Of a DNA stretch of 64,000 nt, positions 43,125 to 52,918 are shown piece by piece. Location: positions 736,001 to 800,000 of the forward strand of contig CAWEMM010000006.1 of assembly GCA_963810095.1 (NCBI GenBank). The letters run 5' to 3'. Under the pieces are notes generated by a model. It saw nothing but the letters and a program-made list of their open reading frames with translations, did not search any database and was not told the origin of the DNA. Each line of letters starts with the position of its first letter. Position 1 is the first letter of the stretch. Origin of the DNA: an uncultured Chloroflexia bacterium. Lineage in GTDB: Bacteria; Chloroflexota; Anaerolineae; CG2-30-64-16. The position numbers and the translations under genes are program-made.

Positions 43125-43376
43125 ATGTCACACCTGGCTCCCGCCCAACTCACTCTCCTTCGCGCGATGCGCGACGGCGCGACGCTCAAGGCCCACCGCG
43201 ACCTGGACGGCGCCAAAGCGCACCTGCTGCACCCTCTCCATGGCGAACCCGTGCCCGTTCCCGCCCCACTGGTCGAATCGCTGCGCGACCTCGGCCTGAT
43301 CCAAAGCAACCACAAGTTCCCTGCGGCCACTTACGTCCTTACGGATCGCGCGGTCGAAGTGTTATCATCCTCCTGA
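43125..43376 (+). CDS. Small hypothetical protein
   Basis: 83 aa, MSHLAPAQLTLLRAMRDGATLKAHRDLDG...SNHKFPAATY. Confidence 0.6.
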   Translation: MSHLAPAQLTLLRAMRDGATLKAHRDLDGAKAHLLHPLHGEPVPVPAPLVESLRDLGLIQSNHKFPAATYVLTDRAVEVLSSS

Positions 43377-43405
43377 CGCACCGAAGGCTTGAAGGAGAGA
43401 ATCTT

Positions 43406-43900
43406 ATGAGCGAAGAGGCCGTGCCTGTCACCCCGGAGTCTCCGGTAACGCTGCGCGAGATCACGCGCGAGACGCTGCGCCCCGTTCTGCAGCTGAGCAA
43501 AACCCTCAGCGAGCTGCAACGAACGCATGTTGCCGACAACGCCGTCTCCATCGCGGAGGCCCACTTCGAGCCGCACGCCTGGTTCCGCGGCGTCTATGCC
43601 GGCGAGACGCCGGTGGGGTTCGTCATGCTTTATATCGGTCCCGACGACGAGCAGGAGGGAAACCCGACGGTGTGGTTCCTCTGGCGCTTTATGATCGGGG
43701 GCGCATACCAGAAGATGGGCTTCGGGCGCAAGGCGCTGGAGCCCGTCTTCGAGCTGGTGCGCGAGCAGGGCGGGCAAGAGCTCATCGTGAGCTGCCACCC
43801 GGGGCCGGACGGTCCCGAAGGGTTCTACCGGACCCTTGGCTTCGTGCCGAACGCGAAGTGGTACGACGGGGAGTTGGGGATGGTGCTCCGGCTCGAATAA
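43406..43900 (+). CDS. GNAT N-acetyltransferase (spermidine acetyltransferase-like)
   Basis: VADNAVSIAEA, LWRFMI..YQKMGFG and FYRTLGF; AGGAG RBS. Confidence 0.87.
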   Translation: MSEEAVPVTPESPVTLREITRETLRPVLQLSKTLSELQRTHVADNAVSIAEAHFEPHAWFRGVYAGETPVGFVMLYIGPDDEQEGNPTVWFLWRFMIGGAYQKMGFGRKALEPVFELVREQGGQELIVSCHPGPDGPEGFYRTLGFVPNAKWYDGELGMVLRLE

Positions 43901-43977
43901 ACCCCACGCTAAGTGCCCGACGCCCCCAAGACGCCGGGCACGTTCGGCAGAACCCTGTTACAATTGCTCTAGTCCTT

Positions 43978-44031
43978 CTCACACTTCGCTAACACCGCGC
44001 CAACACCCCGCTAACACGCTCGTCCTATACT
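43978..44031 (+). promoter_or_regulatory. clpB promoter with four 11-bp-phased CYMACAC direct repeats and -10 TATACT
   Basis: CTCACAC 43978, CTAACAC 43989, CCAACAC 44000, CTAACAC 44011; TATACT 44026-44031. Confidence 0.6.
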
Positions 44032-44067
44032 GATCCTGTAACCGAACGAGGACGCGGAGGCACGAGC

Positions 44068-46675
44068 ATGAATTTGAACCGGTATACCCAGCGCGCCCAA
44101 GAGGTCATCATGGCCTCGCAGGAGCTCGCGCAATCTAATAACCATTCCCAGATCGAACCGGAGCACCTGCTGCTGGCCCTCCTGCAGCAGGAAGACGGCG
44201 TCGCGGGCGAGATCTTGCGCCAGGTGGGCGCGGACCCGGCGACCGTCGCAGGACAGTTGGAGGGCGAACTGGCGCGCCGGCCGAAGGCGTACGGCTCGAA
44301 CGTGCAGCCCGGGCTGAGCGGCCAGGCTTCGCGCGTGCTGCAGGACGCGTACGCCGAAGCCAGCCAGATGAAAGACGACTACGTCAGCACCGAGCACATC
44401 CTGCTGGCGCTTGCAGGTTCGAACGGCGGCAACGTCGCCAAGCTGCTCGGCCGCCTGGGCATCACCCGCGACCGCATTCTCGCGGCGCTGACCGCGATTC
44501 GCGGCAACCAGCGGGTGACGAGCCAGAACCCGGAGGCGACGTACAAGGCGCTGGAGAAGTACGGCCGCGACCTGACCCAGGAGGCGCGGCAAGGGCAAGC
44601 TCGACCCGGTCATCGGCCGCGACGAGGAAATCCGCCGGACGATCCAGATCCTGAGCCGGCGCACGAAGAACAACCCCGTGCTCATCGGCGAGCCGGGCGT
44701 GGGCAAGACGGCCATCGTCGAAGGGCTGGCCCAGCGCATCGTGCGGGGTGACGTGCCGGAAGGGCTGAAGGATAAACGCGTCATTGCGCTTGACATGGGT
44801 GCGCTCGTGGCGGGTGCGAAGTACCGCGGCGAGTTCGAGGAGCGGCTCAAGGCCGTGCTGAAGGAAGTGACCGACAGCGCGGGGCAAACCATCCTGTTTA
44901 TCGACGAGCTCCACACGGTAGTCGGCGCGGGCGCGGCCGAGGGCGCGATGGACGCCAGCAACATGCTCAAGCCCATGCTGGCCCGCGGCGAGCTGCACGC
45001 GATCGGCGCGACGACGCTGGACGAGTACCGTAAGCACATCGAGAAGGACCCCGCGCTCGAGCGCCGCTTCCAGCCGGTGCTGGTTGAGGAACCCACCGTC
45101 GAGGATACGATTTCGATCCTGCGCGGGCTGAAGGAACGCTACGAGGTCCATCACAACGTGCGCATCACGGACGGCGCGGTGATCGCGGCCGCGACCCTGT
45201 CGCACCGCTACATCGCGGACCGCTTCTTGCCCGACAAGGCCATCGACCTGATCGACGAGGCCGCGAGCCGGCTGCGGATGGAGATCACGTCGGACCCGGC
45301 CGAGCTGGACGAGATCAAGCGCCGCGCAATGCAACTCGAGATCGAGCGCGAGGCGCTAAAGAAAGAATCGGACGCCGCGTCGAAGAGTCGACTGGAGACG
45401 ATCGAGCGCGAGTTGGCCGACCTGAACGAAGAGCGCAACACGCTCGACGCCCGGCTGAAGGGCGAGCGCGCGGTGATCGAACGGGTGGCGGCCCTCAAGC
45501 AGCAAATGGACGAGACCAAAACCGCAGTGGAGCAGGCGCAGCGGCAGGCGGATTACGGTAAGGCATCCGAGCTCCAGTACGGCAAGCTGGTCGAGCTGGA
45601 GCGGCAGAAGCAGGCCGTCGAAGCGGAACTGGCCCAGATGCAGGGCCGCGGCATGCTACTCAAGGAAGAGGTGGGCGCGGAAGAGGTGGCCGAGGTGGTA
45701 GCCACCTGGACGCACATTCCCGTGTCCAAGCTGCTGGAAGGCGAAATCGAAAAACTGATCAAGATGGAGGACCGGCTGCACGAGCGTGTGATCGGCCAGG
45801 AAGCGGCGCTGAAGGCCGTTGCTGCGGCGGTGCGCCGGGCGCGCGCCGGCCTGCAAGACCCGAACCGGCCCATCGGCTCGTTCATCTTCCTGGGCCCGAC
45901 GGGCGTCGGCAAGACCGAGCTCGCCCGTGCGCTGGCCGAGTTCCTGTTCGACGACGAGAGCGCGATGATCCGCATCGACATGTCGGAGTACCAGGAACGG
46001 CACACGGTCAGCCGGCTGATCGGCGCGCCGCCCGGCTACGTGGGCTACGACGAGGGCGGGCAGCTCACCGAGGCGGTCCGGCGCAAGCCATACAGCGTCG
46101 TGCTGTTCGATGAGATCGAGAAGGCGCACCGGGAGGTGTTCAACACACTGCTGCAGATGCTGGACGACGGCCGGCTGACGGACGGCCACGGCCGAACCGT
46201 AGACTTTACGAACACGGTCGTCATCATGACGTCGAACATCGGCAGCCAGTACATCAACGATCCGAAGCTGACCGACGAGCAGCGGCGGGACCGGGCGATG
46301 GACGCCCTGCGGCAGGCGTTCCCGCCCGAGTTCCTGAACCGGGTGGACGACATCATAGTGTTCCACAGCCTGTCACGCGCCGACCTGGCACAGATCATCC
46401 AGGTGCAGTTGAAGCGGCTGCGCAAGATTCTGGTGGGTCAGGGACTGAACCTGGAGCTGAGCGACGCGGCTGTAGTCTTCCTGGCCGAGAAGGGCTACGA
46501 CCCGACATACGGCGCACGCCCGCTCAAGCGGGCGATCCAGCAGTACGTGCAGGACCCGCTGGCGCTCGCGCTGCTGCAGGGGCAGTTCAAGCGGGGCGAC
46601 ACGATCTTTGCGGACGTGGAGAACGGGCAGATCATCTTCCTGAAGGAGATGGCGAGGGAAAGGGCGGTCGCGTAA
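44068..46675 (+). CDS. clpB: Chaperone ClpB (frameshift near 44594)
   Basis: Clp N-domain; GEPGVGKT; [12 protein letters not shown]; coiled-coil M-domain; GPTGVGKTE; [13 protein letters not shown]. Confidence 0.96.
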
Positions 46676-46684
46676 TGGGGCAAG

Positions 46685-46729
46685 GCGAGGAGGGACCTGG
46701 TATCCCGCGGGAACCAGGTCCCTCCTCGC
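46685..46729 (+). terminator. Strong hairpin after clpB
   Basis: GCGAGGAGGGACCTGGT / ACCAGGTCCCTCCTCGC, 17-bp stem. Confidence 0.7.
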
Positions 46730-46879
46730 ATAGTTCCGCAGTTCAGGCCCAACTGCGGGCGTCTTTAACGGTGCCCGTACGATTCTTGAACGCTCCTGTC
46801 GTACAGTGGGGTTGCACCGAGCGGAAGGTGAGCAAGCGAACGACATGCCGCCCGGCGACTCTGCCGAGGAGTTGTCAAG

Positions 46880-47203
46880 ATGAAAAAGGCAAGCAGGCTG
46901 ATACTCTTGTGGGTGGTCGTGGCCGGCGTACTGGCGACATCGTTTGTGGCAGCGGGCGCCGCAGGCGGGGCCGGCGGCCAGTTCTTCTTCGACAGCGGCG
47001 CACACCGCCCGTTGTCAAAGACTACACACGCGACCACCGTGTTCTTCGGCGACAGTGGGGCCTACCGGCCGGTCACGGCGGGAACGCAGGCGGCCGCCGT
47101 GTTTTTCTCGGACAGCGGAGCGCACCGCCCCCTGCCCGGGGCTGCGAGAGCGCCGCTCGCCTTCTATAGCGACAGCGGCGCTTACCGCCTGCACCGTGGA
47201 TAG
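46880..47203 (+). CDS. Secreted 107-aa protein with four 20-aa-spaced F(F/Y)xDSGA(H/Y)R repeats (candidate multi-core peptide precursor)
   Basis: GAGGAG RBS 8 nt upstream; Sec-type signal (MKK + hydrophobic stretch + Ala/Gly); synonymous variation within the conserved motif. Confidence 0.8.
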   Translation: MKKASRLILLWVVVAGVLATSFVAAGAAGGAGGQFFFDSGAHRPLSKTTHATTVFFGDSGAYRPVTAGTQAAAVFFSDSGAHRPLPGAARAPLAFYSDSGAYRLHRG

Positions 47204-47218
47204 ACGCCTTCGCCTCAG

Positions 47219-47254
47219 AAAAAAGGGCCTCACCCGCAAATTGGGTGAGGCCCT
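47219..47254 (-). terminator. Intrinsic terminator between the repeat-peptide gene and ilvE (T-tract on the minus strand; possibly bidirectional)
   Basis: A6-GGGCCTCACCC-loop-GGGTGAGGCCCT. Confidence 0.75.
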
Positions 47255-47286
47255 GTTGCTATCTGCGTGCCGGATAACAGATCGTG

Positions 47287-48363
47287 CTACGCCCGCGGCT
47301 CAACGCAGTACGTCCACCCGTACGGATCGGGCGCGCGGCCGTACTGGATATCGGTCAGCGCCCCGTACAAGTGCTTGGCCACCGGCCCGCTCTCGTTGTT
47401 GTTGATGATTACCGCATCCTTCTCGTCGCCCAGCTTGCCCACGGGTGCGATGACGGCTGCCGTGCCGATGCCGAACACCTCGGTGATGCGACCCCCGCGG
47501 ATGTCTCGCAGCACCTCGCTGATGTCCAGCTTCTCCTCGCTCACCGTGTAGCCCAGGTCGGGCGCAAGGCGCAGCACGGAGTCCCGCGTGATGCCGGGCA
47601 GGATGCTGCCCGAGAGCGCGGGCGTGGCGATGTGCTTGCCCTCGTAGACGAAGCCGATGTTCATCGCGCCGACCTCCTCCACGTAGCGGTGCTCCACCGC
47701 GTCGAGCCAGCATACCTGCTGGAACCCGAGCGCCCGCACCTGCTCCGCGACATAGAGGCTGGCCGCGTAGTTGCCGCCCGTCTTCGCTTCCCCCGTGCCG
47801 CCCAGCACGGCCCGCACCTTCTCGCGTGACACGTACACCGCCACCGGGTTAAAGCCCGTCGCGAAGTACGGCCCGGTGGGGCCGGCAATGACGAAGTGCA
47901 GATAGCTTTTGCTGGCGTGCACCCCGAGGCCGACGTCGTTGGCGATCATCGTCGGACGGATGTAGAGCGAGGACTCCGGTCCTGCGGGCACGGCTTCGTG
48001 CACCACGCTGACCAGTTCGGCGATGGCTTCCAAGTGGTCTTCCTCGTCGGTGACGGCCATCGCCATCCGCTGCGCCGAGCGATTGAAACGCGCGCAGTTC
48101 TCCCACGGCCGGAACAGGTTGATCTTGCCGTCAGGCCGCCGGTAGGCCTTAAGCCCCTCGAAGATCTCCTGGCCGTAGTGGAAGACCATCGCCGCGGGGT
48201 CCATCATAAACGGCTCGTACGGGCCGATTCGGGCGTCGTGCCAACCCCTCTCAGGGGTGTACTTCTGGCTGAACATGCGATCCGCGAAGTATTTGCCGAA
48301 CGGCAACTGCGCGGGGAACGGTTTCTGCTCGCCTGCTGCGAGCGCTTGAATCTGGATTTGCAC
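47287..48363 (-). CDS. ilvE: Branched-chain amino acid aminotransferase
   Basis: FHYGQEIFEGLKAY, LYIRP, KTGGNYA, EEVGAMN and ILPGITRDS; GTG start after GGGGGAGGAG. Confidence 0.93.
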   Translation of the reverse strand: MQIQIQALAAGEQKPFPAQLPFGKYFADRMFSQKYTPERGWHDARIGPYEPFMMDPAAMVFHYGQEIFEGLKAYRRPDGKINLFRPWENCARFNRSAQRMAMAVTDEEDHLEAIAELVSVVHEAVPAGPESSLYIRPTMIANDVGLGVHASKSYLHFVIAGPTGPYFATGFNPVAVYVSREKVRAVLGGTGEAKTGGNYAASLYVAEQVRALGFQQVCWLDAVEHRYVEEVGAMNIGFVYEGKHIATPALSGSILPGITRDSVLRLAPDLGYTVSEEKLDISEVLRDIRGGRITEVFGIGTAAVIAPVGKLGDEKDAVIINNNESGPVAKHLYGALTDIQYGRAPDPYGWTYCVEPRA

Positions 48364-48510
48364 GCTCTCCTCCCCCTTGATGGTGTGCGAGCATGGGAGC
48401 AACCGCTGCGCGCTTGCGCTCGCATATGTCGCAGGCGCATCATACACCGTCCGCGCCTCCGCAACAATTGCGGGCCGCACGACGTTGGAGTAGACGGCGC
48501 GCTGCCGGCC

Positions 48511-48560
48511 AGACCCCGAAGGTTGCGCCACCTGGATGGCGGCCGAAACCTTCGGGGTCT
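48511..48560. repeat. Family E palindrome
   Basis: AGACCCCGAAGGTT...AACCTTCGGGGTCT, perfect 14-bp arms. Confidence 0.7.
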
Positions 48561-48586
48561 CAGGATGCGCATGAGGAGGAAGCGGA

Positions 48587-49840
48587 GTGAAATTGACGAT
48601 AGCTACGGCAGGCTCGCGCGGCGACGTGCAGCCCTACGTCGCGCTTGGCTTGGGTCTGCAAGCCGCCGGACACGAAGTCAAGATCGCGGCGGACCACCAG
48701 TTCGAAGGCTTTGTGACAGGGCATGGGTTGTCGTTCGCGCCGCTTAGCACGGACAGCCGTTCCGCGTTCTCCGACTGCGTCGAACACCGTGACAATCCCG
48801 CGGGCATGCTGCGCTGGCTCAGGGCCCACTACACGCCCGACCGGACCTACTTCGAGGATCTGCTCGCCGCACTGCGCGGCAGCGACGGGGCCCTCGTCGC
48901 ATTTCTCGCGTTCCCCGCCGTCCACGTGGCCGAAGCACTCGGCATACCCTGGCTCGGCGCGTTCCTGCAGCCCTGGACCCCGTCGCGCTCGTTTAGCTGG
49001 GCCCTGCCCATGCAGCTTCCCGGCTGGATTCCCGAGCAGGTGCGTGGGGACATTCACTGGTGGAGCGGACGCTCGGCGAGCGCGCTAATGCTGCGAGCGA
49101 TGCGCGAAGCGGTGGACGAAGGACGGCGGGACGTGCTCGGCTTGCCGCCGACCCGGTTGGACGACTACGTGGCCTTCGGCTCCGACGACACGCCGGTCAT
49201 CTATGGCTACAGCCACCACCTGGTGCCCGAGCAGCCGGCGTGGACGCCGCGCCAGCGGGTAACCGGCTTCTGGTTTCTCGAGGACAACGGCTGGGAACCG
49301 CCGGCGCGGCTGGAGGGATTTCTCGCGGACGGTGAGCCGCCGGTGGTGATCGGCTTCGGCAGCATGGCCGACTGCAACGCCGAGCACACCCTCTCGATCG
49401 TGCTCGCCGCGCTCGACGGACTGGGGCTGCGCGGCATCCTGCTCGGTGGCTGGGCCGGGCTGGGTGAGGGTCAGAATCTGCCTTCTTCTGTTCTCGCGCT
49501 CGACGAAGCACCCCATGACTGGCTGCTGCCGCGGGTCGCGGCCATCGTGCATCACGGAGGCGCCGGTACGACCGCAGCCGCGCTGCGGGGCGGGATAGCC
49601 TCGGTGACCGTGCCCTATTTTGGGGACCAACCCTTTTGGGGGCGACAGGTGCACGCGCTCGGGGCCGCGGCCGCGCCGGTCAAGCGCAGCCGGCTGACAG
49701 CCGAGCGCCTCGTGCGGGCGCTGGGGGAAACGCTGGCGCCCGAAAAGCGCGCTTGCGCGGCCCGGGTCGGCGCTAAGATCAGGGCGGAAGACGGGGTGGG
49801 CCAGGCGGTAGAAGCGGTGGAGGAACTATTAGGATGGTAA
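48587..49840 (+). CDS. GT1 glycosyltransferase (sterol glucosyltransferase/GtfA-like)
   Basis: GSRGDVQPY, GFGSM, PHDWL, HHGGAGTT and GDQPFWG. Confidence 0.9.
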   Translation: MKLTIATAGSRGDVQPYVALGLGLQAAGHEVKIAADHQFEGFVTGHGLSFAPLSTDSRSAFSDCVEHRDNPAGMLRWLRAHYTPDRTYFEDLLAALRGSDGALVAFLAFPAVHVAEALGIPWLGAFLQPWTPSRSFSWALPMQLPGWIPEQVRGDIHWWSGRSASALMLRAMREAVDEGRRDVLGLPPTRLDDYVAFGSDDTPVIYGYSHHLVPEQPAWTPRQRVTGFWFLEDNGWEPPARLEGFLADGEPPVVIGFGSMADCNAEHTLSIVLAALDGLGLRGILLGGWAGLGEGQNLPSSVLALDEAPHDWLLPRVAAIVHHGGAGTTAAALRGGIASVTVPYFGDQPFWGRQVHALGAAAAPVKRSRLTAERLVRALGETLAPEKRACAARVGAKIRAEDGVGQAVEAVEELLGW

Positions 49841-49855
49841 ACCTTGCGGACTGGG

Positions 49856-49974
49856 AAAACCTCGGAGGCGTGGCAGACCCCCGAGGCTAACCCCGGAATT
49901 CCGGACCTAGCCGCCGCCATGGGCGTCCTTCGACTGCGGCTTGCCAGCTTAGCGGGCGCCTCCGCTCAGGATGC
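49856..49974. repeat. Adjacent family E (49856-49890) and family D (49925-49974) palindromic repeats
   Basis: AAAACCTCGGAGG...AGACCCCCGAGG; GTCCTTCGACT...CCGCTCAGGATGC. Confidence 0.6.
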
Positions 49975-50006
49975 CTCCCGTCCATTGGGAATTCCTGCGC
50001 ATCATC

Positions 50007-50498
50007 CTACATTTCCAGTGCGCGCTTCACCTGCTCGACCGCAGCCATCTCCAGGGGATCGACGCGCGTGCCGCCAAATCCGAACGTGGAGCCCTCTTTT
50101 GCGCGTTGGGCAACATACTCGCACATGGCGACAATCGCCAGCTTCACCTCGGCCGCCTGATCGGGCGCGGCCTTCTGCTGCAGCAACTCGGCGGCCTGGC
50201 CGCAGCGGTTGAGCGCTGCCAGCTTGAAGTCGTCGTACGTCTTCTGCGTGGGGTCCTGCCTGAACTGCGGGTACAACCCTTCGGCCTCCATGCGCGTCTC
50301 GTCGCTCACGAGCGCCTGCACGAGTGGGTTGGCCGGATAGCGGGTGGCCGCCTCTTTCAGACCCTCGGTGATGGCCTGAAACTCGTCCCGAGTCCCGCCC
50401 GACCCGCTGTACTTCGTGATCGCAACCGTTGCGCCCGCGAGAACGGCCGCGCGGCGCAGCAGGGTCAGATCGTCGCTCGACAATTCAAGTTCTTGCAT
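50007..50498 (-). CDS. Conserved hypothetical helical protein
   Basis: C-terminal VAQRAKEGSTFGFGGTRVDPLEMAAVEQVKRAL pattern; GAGGA RBS. Confidence 0.7.
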   Translation of the reverse strand: MQELELSSDDLTLLRRAAVLAGATVAITKYSGSGGTRDEFQAITEGLKEAATRYPANPLVQALVSDETRMEAEGLYPQFRQDPTQKTYDDFKLAALNRCGQAAELLQQKAAPDQAAEVKLAIVAMCEYVAQRAKEGSTFGFGGTRVDPLEMAAVEQVKRALEM

Positions 50499-50756
50499 CA
50501 AATCCTCACTGGTAATGAGAAGTGCGTGCCCCGATAGTGGCATCGAGGATTGTATCGAAACGGCGCCCGTAAGCAGGCAGCAATGTTACAAAGCGGTTCA
50601 GCAAGGGCGACGCATGCTCCGTCATTCACACAAAAATTAGAATCATCTTCATACTGCTACAAATGGATGTGCGAATACAGGCAGCGGCGGGCGTGTGGGA
50701 GTATCCTAAGGGCACTGCCGGCAGTAAGATTAACAAGTCGGGGAGGTGCACAGCCT

Positions 50757-51326
50757 ATGATGCAGAATCTGCAAGGCAAGCGCGTTGCGATTCTTGTCGA
50801 GAACGGCTTCGAGCAGGTTGAGATGACCGAACCCCGTAAAGCACTAGAACAGGCAGGCGCACGGACCGAACTGGTCTCGCCGTCTGCGGGCAAAGTCAAG
50901 GGCTGGAATCACACCGAGTGGGGTGACGAGTTCCAGGTAGATGTTCCCCTGGATCGGGCGAACGCCAAGCAGTATGATGCCCTTCTCTTGCCTGGCGGGG
51001 TCATGAATCCCGACAAACTTCGCATGAACGCAACGGCCGTGCAGTTTATCAGGTCGTTTGTTCAGGAGGGGAAGCCGATCGCGGCGATTTGCCACGGCCC
51101 GTGGACCCTCATCGAGGCCGGAGCGGTGCGAGGACGCAAAATGACCTCGTATCCGTCCATTCAGACCGACTTGAAGAATGCAGGCGCCGACTGGGTCGAC
51201 CAGGAAGTCGTCGTCGACCAGGGCTTGGTAACGAGCCGGAACCCGAACGACATTCCGGCGTTCAACCGAAAGATGATCGAGGAATTCGCCGAGGGCATCC
51301 ACCAGAAGCAAGCAGCTTTCCGGTAA
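50757..51326 (+). CDS. PfpI/DJ-1 family type 1 glutamine amidotransferase-like protein (YhbO-like)
   Basis: GFEQVE, LPGGVMNPDKLR, AICHGPW and TSRNPND. Confidence 0.93.
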   Translation: MMQNLQGKRVAILVENGFEQVEMTEPRKALEQAGARTELVSPSAGKVKGWNHTEWGDEFQVDVPLDRANAKQYDALLLPGGVMNPDKLRMNATAVQFIRSFVQEGKPIAAICHGPWTLIEAGAVRGRKMTSYPSIQTDLKNAGADWVDQEVVVDQGLVTSRNPNDIPAFNRKMIEEFAEGIHQKQAAFR

Positions 51327-51485
51327 ACAGGAAATCTCTCCGGTAAGAGGATGTCTGCGTTAGTGATGCACGATGCGTCAGTACGAGCGGAGTGCAAGGT
51401 GTGAGCCCGAAGGCTGATGCGGCGATCGTTCCAGCCGGGAGCAGTGTCCAGGCCGGAACGGGGAGCGTATGAAAGACAACACGGT

Positions 51486-51528
51486 GACCTCCTGAGAGGG
51501 CTGCTCAACGGCAGCTTCTCAGGAGGTC
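51486..51528. terminator. Long hairpin at the end of the exporter operon
   Basis: GACCTCCTGAGAGGGCTGC / GCAGCTTCTCAGGAGGTC. Confidence 0.6.
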
Positions 51529-51544
51529 TTGCGTTTAAGAGCCG

Positions 51545-52877
51545 TCAGGGCACGTTCACGACGGCGGTCATGTTCCACAGCAGCCGCGGGTCGGGGTTCT
51601 GCAGCTTGACGATCGCCGTGTAGGTCATATCGCCCAACTTCTTCTCGCCCTTTGGCTGCACCCGCTCCACAGTGCCCTTCAGTTCGAGGCCCGGCACGGC
51701 GTCGAACGTGATCCGCACGTCCTGGCCCGGCTGCACTCGGACGACATCCAGCTCGCTCAGGTCGTCGGTTTCCACCTGGAACCCGCTCAGGTCGCCCACC
51801 TCGGCCACCGGCGCACCGGGCGTCACCTGTTCTCCCTGCCGCACGTTCAAGACGGCAAGAGTGCCGCCAAAAGGCGCTCGCAGCTCAGTGTCGTTCAGCG
51901 CCGCCTGTGCCTGGCGCAGGCCGGCTTCGGCCTGGGTCACCGCGGCGTCCGCGGCCGCGATTTCCTGCCGGCGTGCGCCGGCCTTCAGCAGGTCCACTTG
52001 TGCCTGGGCCTGGCGAACGGCGGCTTGCGCACCAGCCAGCTCGGCCGCGGTCGCCGGATCCATCGCCTTATCCGAGCCCTGCCTGCGCCTGCTTGACGGC
52101 AGCGCTTGCCTGGGCCACCTGGTCCGGCTTGGGGGGCGCATTCACCTCGTCCCAGCGCGCCTTGGCGGCGTTGTATGCGTTGGTGGCTTGCTCCAACTGA
52201 AGGCTCTGCGGCAGCATGGCTACGGTGGGCTGATCCTTGACCCTGTCGTACGCGGCCTGGGCATTCCGGAGCGCAGCCTCGGCATTCGCCAGGTCGGCCT
52301 GCACCGAGATCTTGGTGTTCTCGTCCGCACCCTTATAGACCCGGGCGTATGCTGCCTGCGCCGCCTGGAGGCTGGCACGAGCCGCCGCCAGGTCGCCCTG
52401 CCGGCTGCCTTCCTGCAGCCGCGCTACGCCGGCCTTAGCCGCATCCAGCCCCGCCTCCGCGGCCGCGATCTGCTCGGCCCGCGCGCCGGCCTTAAGCGTA
52501 TCCAGCTGCGCCCGCGCGGCCGCCACCGCGCCCTCGGCCTCTGCGACCGCGGCCTGCTGCCGCTCGTTGCGCAGCCGCAAGATGACCTGGCCCGCGCTGA
52601 CCGGCTGGCCCTCCTGCACCAGGATCTCAGAGACGATCCCGCCTGCCGCCATGCTTAAGGCCGCATGCTGAACGGGCGCCAGGATGCCCTTGGCCACGAT
52701 CGCGCGGCTTTCTGCCGCTGCCGCGGCCTGCGCCTCCGGCGCAGTGGTGGCGGCTGCCGCGGGGGCCGGCGCTTGAGCCGCGCGGTCCTGAGCCAGGACG
52801 GCCACGGCGCCCAAGGTCAAGCCGGCGATCACCAGAACGGCCACGACGGCCACGGCTATCTTGCGATGCTTCTTCAT
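51545..52877 (-). CDS. HlyD/MacA-type periplasmic adaptor (frameshift near 52075)
   Basis: Signal/TM segment, lipoyl halves (VQEGQPVSAGQ; LRAPFGG) and a long Ala/Gln coiled coil. Confidence 0.85.
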
Positions 52878-52918
52878 AACGTACTCCTTAGCGCGCGGGA
52901 GAGCAACAGGACCCAACC

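Noticed and set aside
46981-47190. 60-bp periodic array (about 30 nt similar + 30 nt variable) resembling a mini CRISPR array
   Set aside because: Differences between units fall largely at synonymous codon positions of an ORF with an RBS and signal peptide, and no cas genes are present. It is a protein repeat.
48364-48510. T-box or leader-peptide attenuator upstream of ilvE
   Set aside because: No T-box consensus, terminator or Leu/Ile/Val-rich leader is visible.
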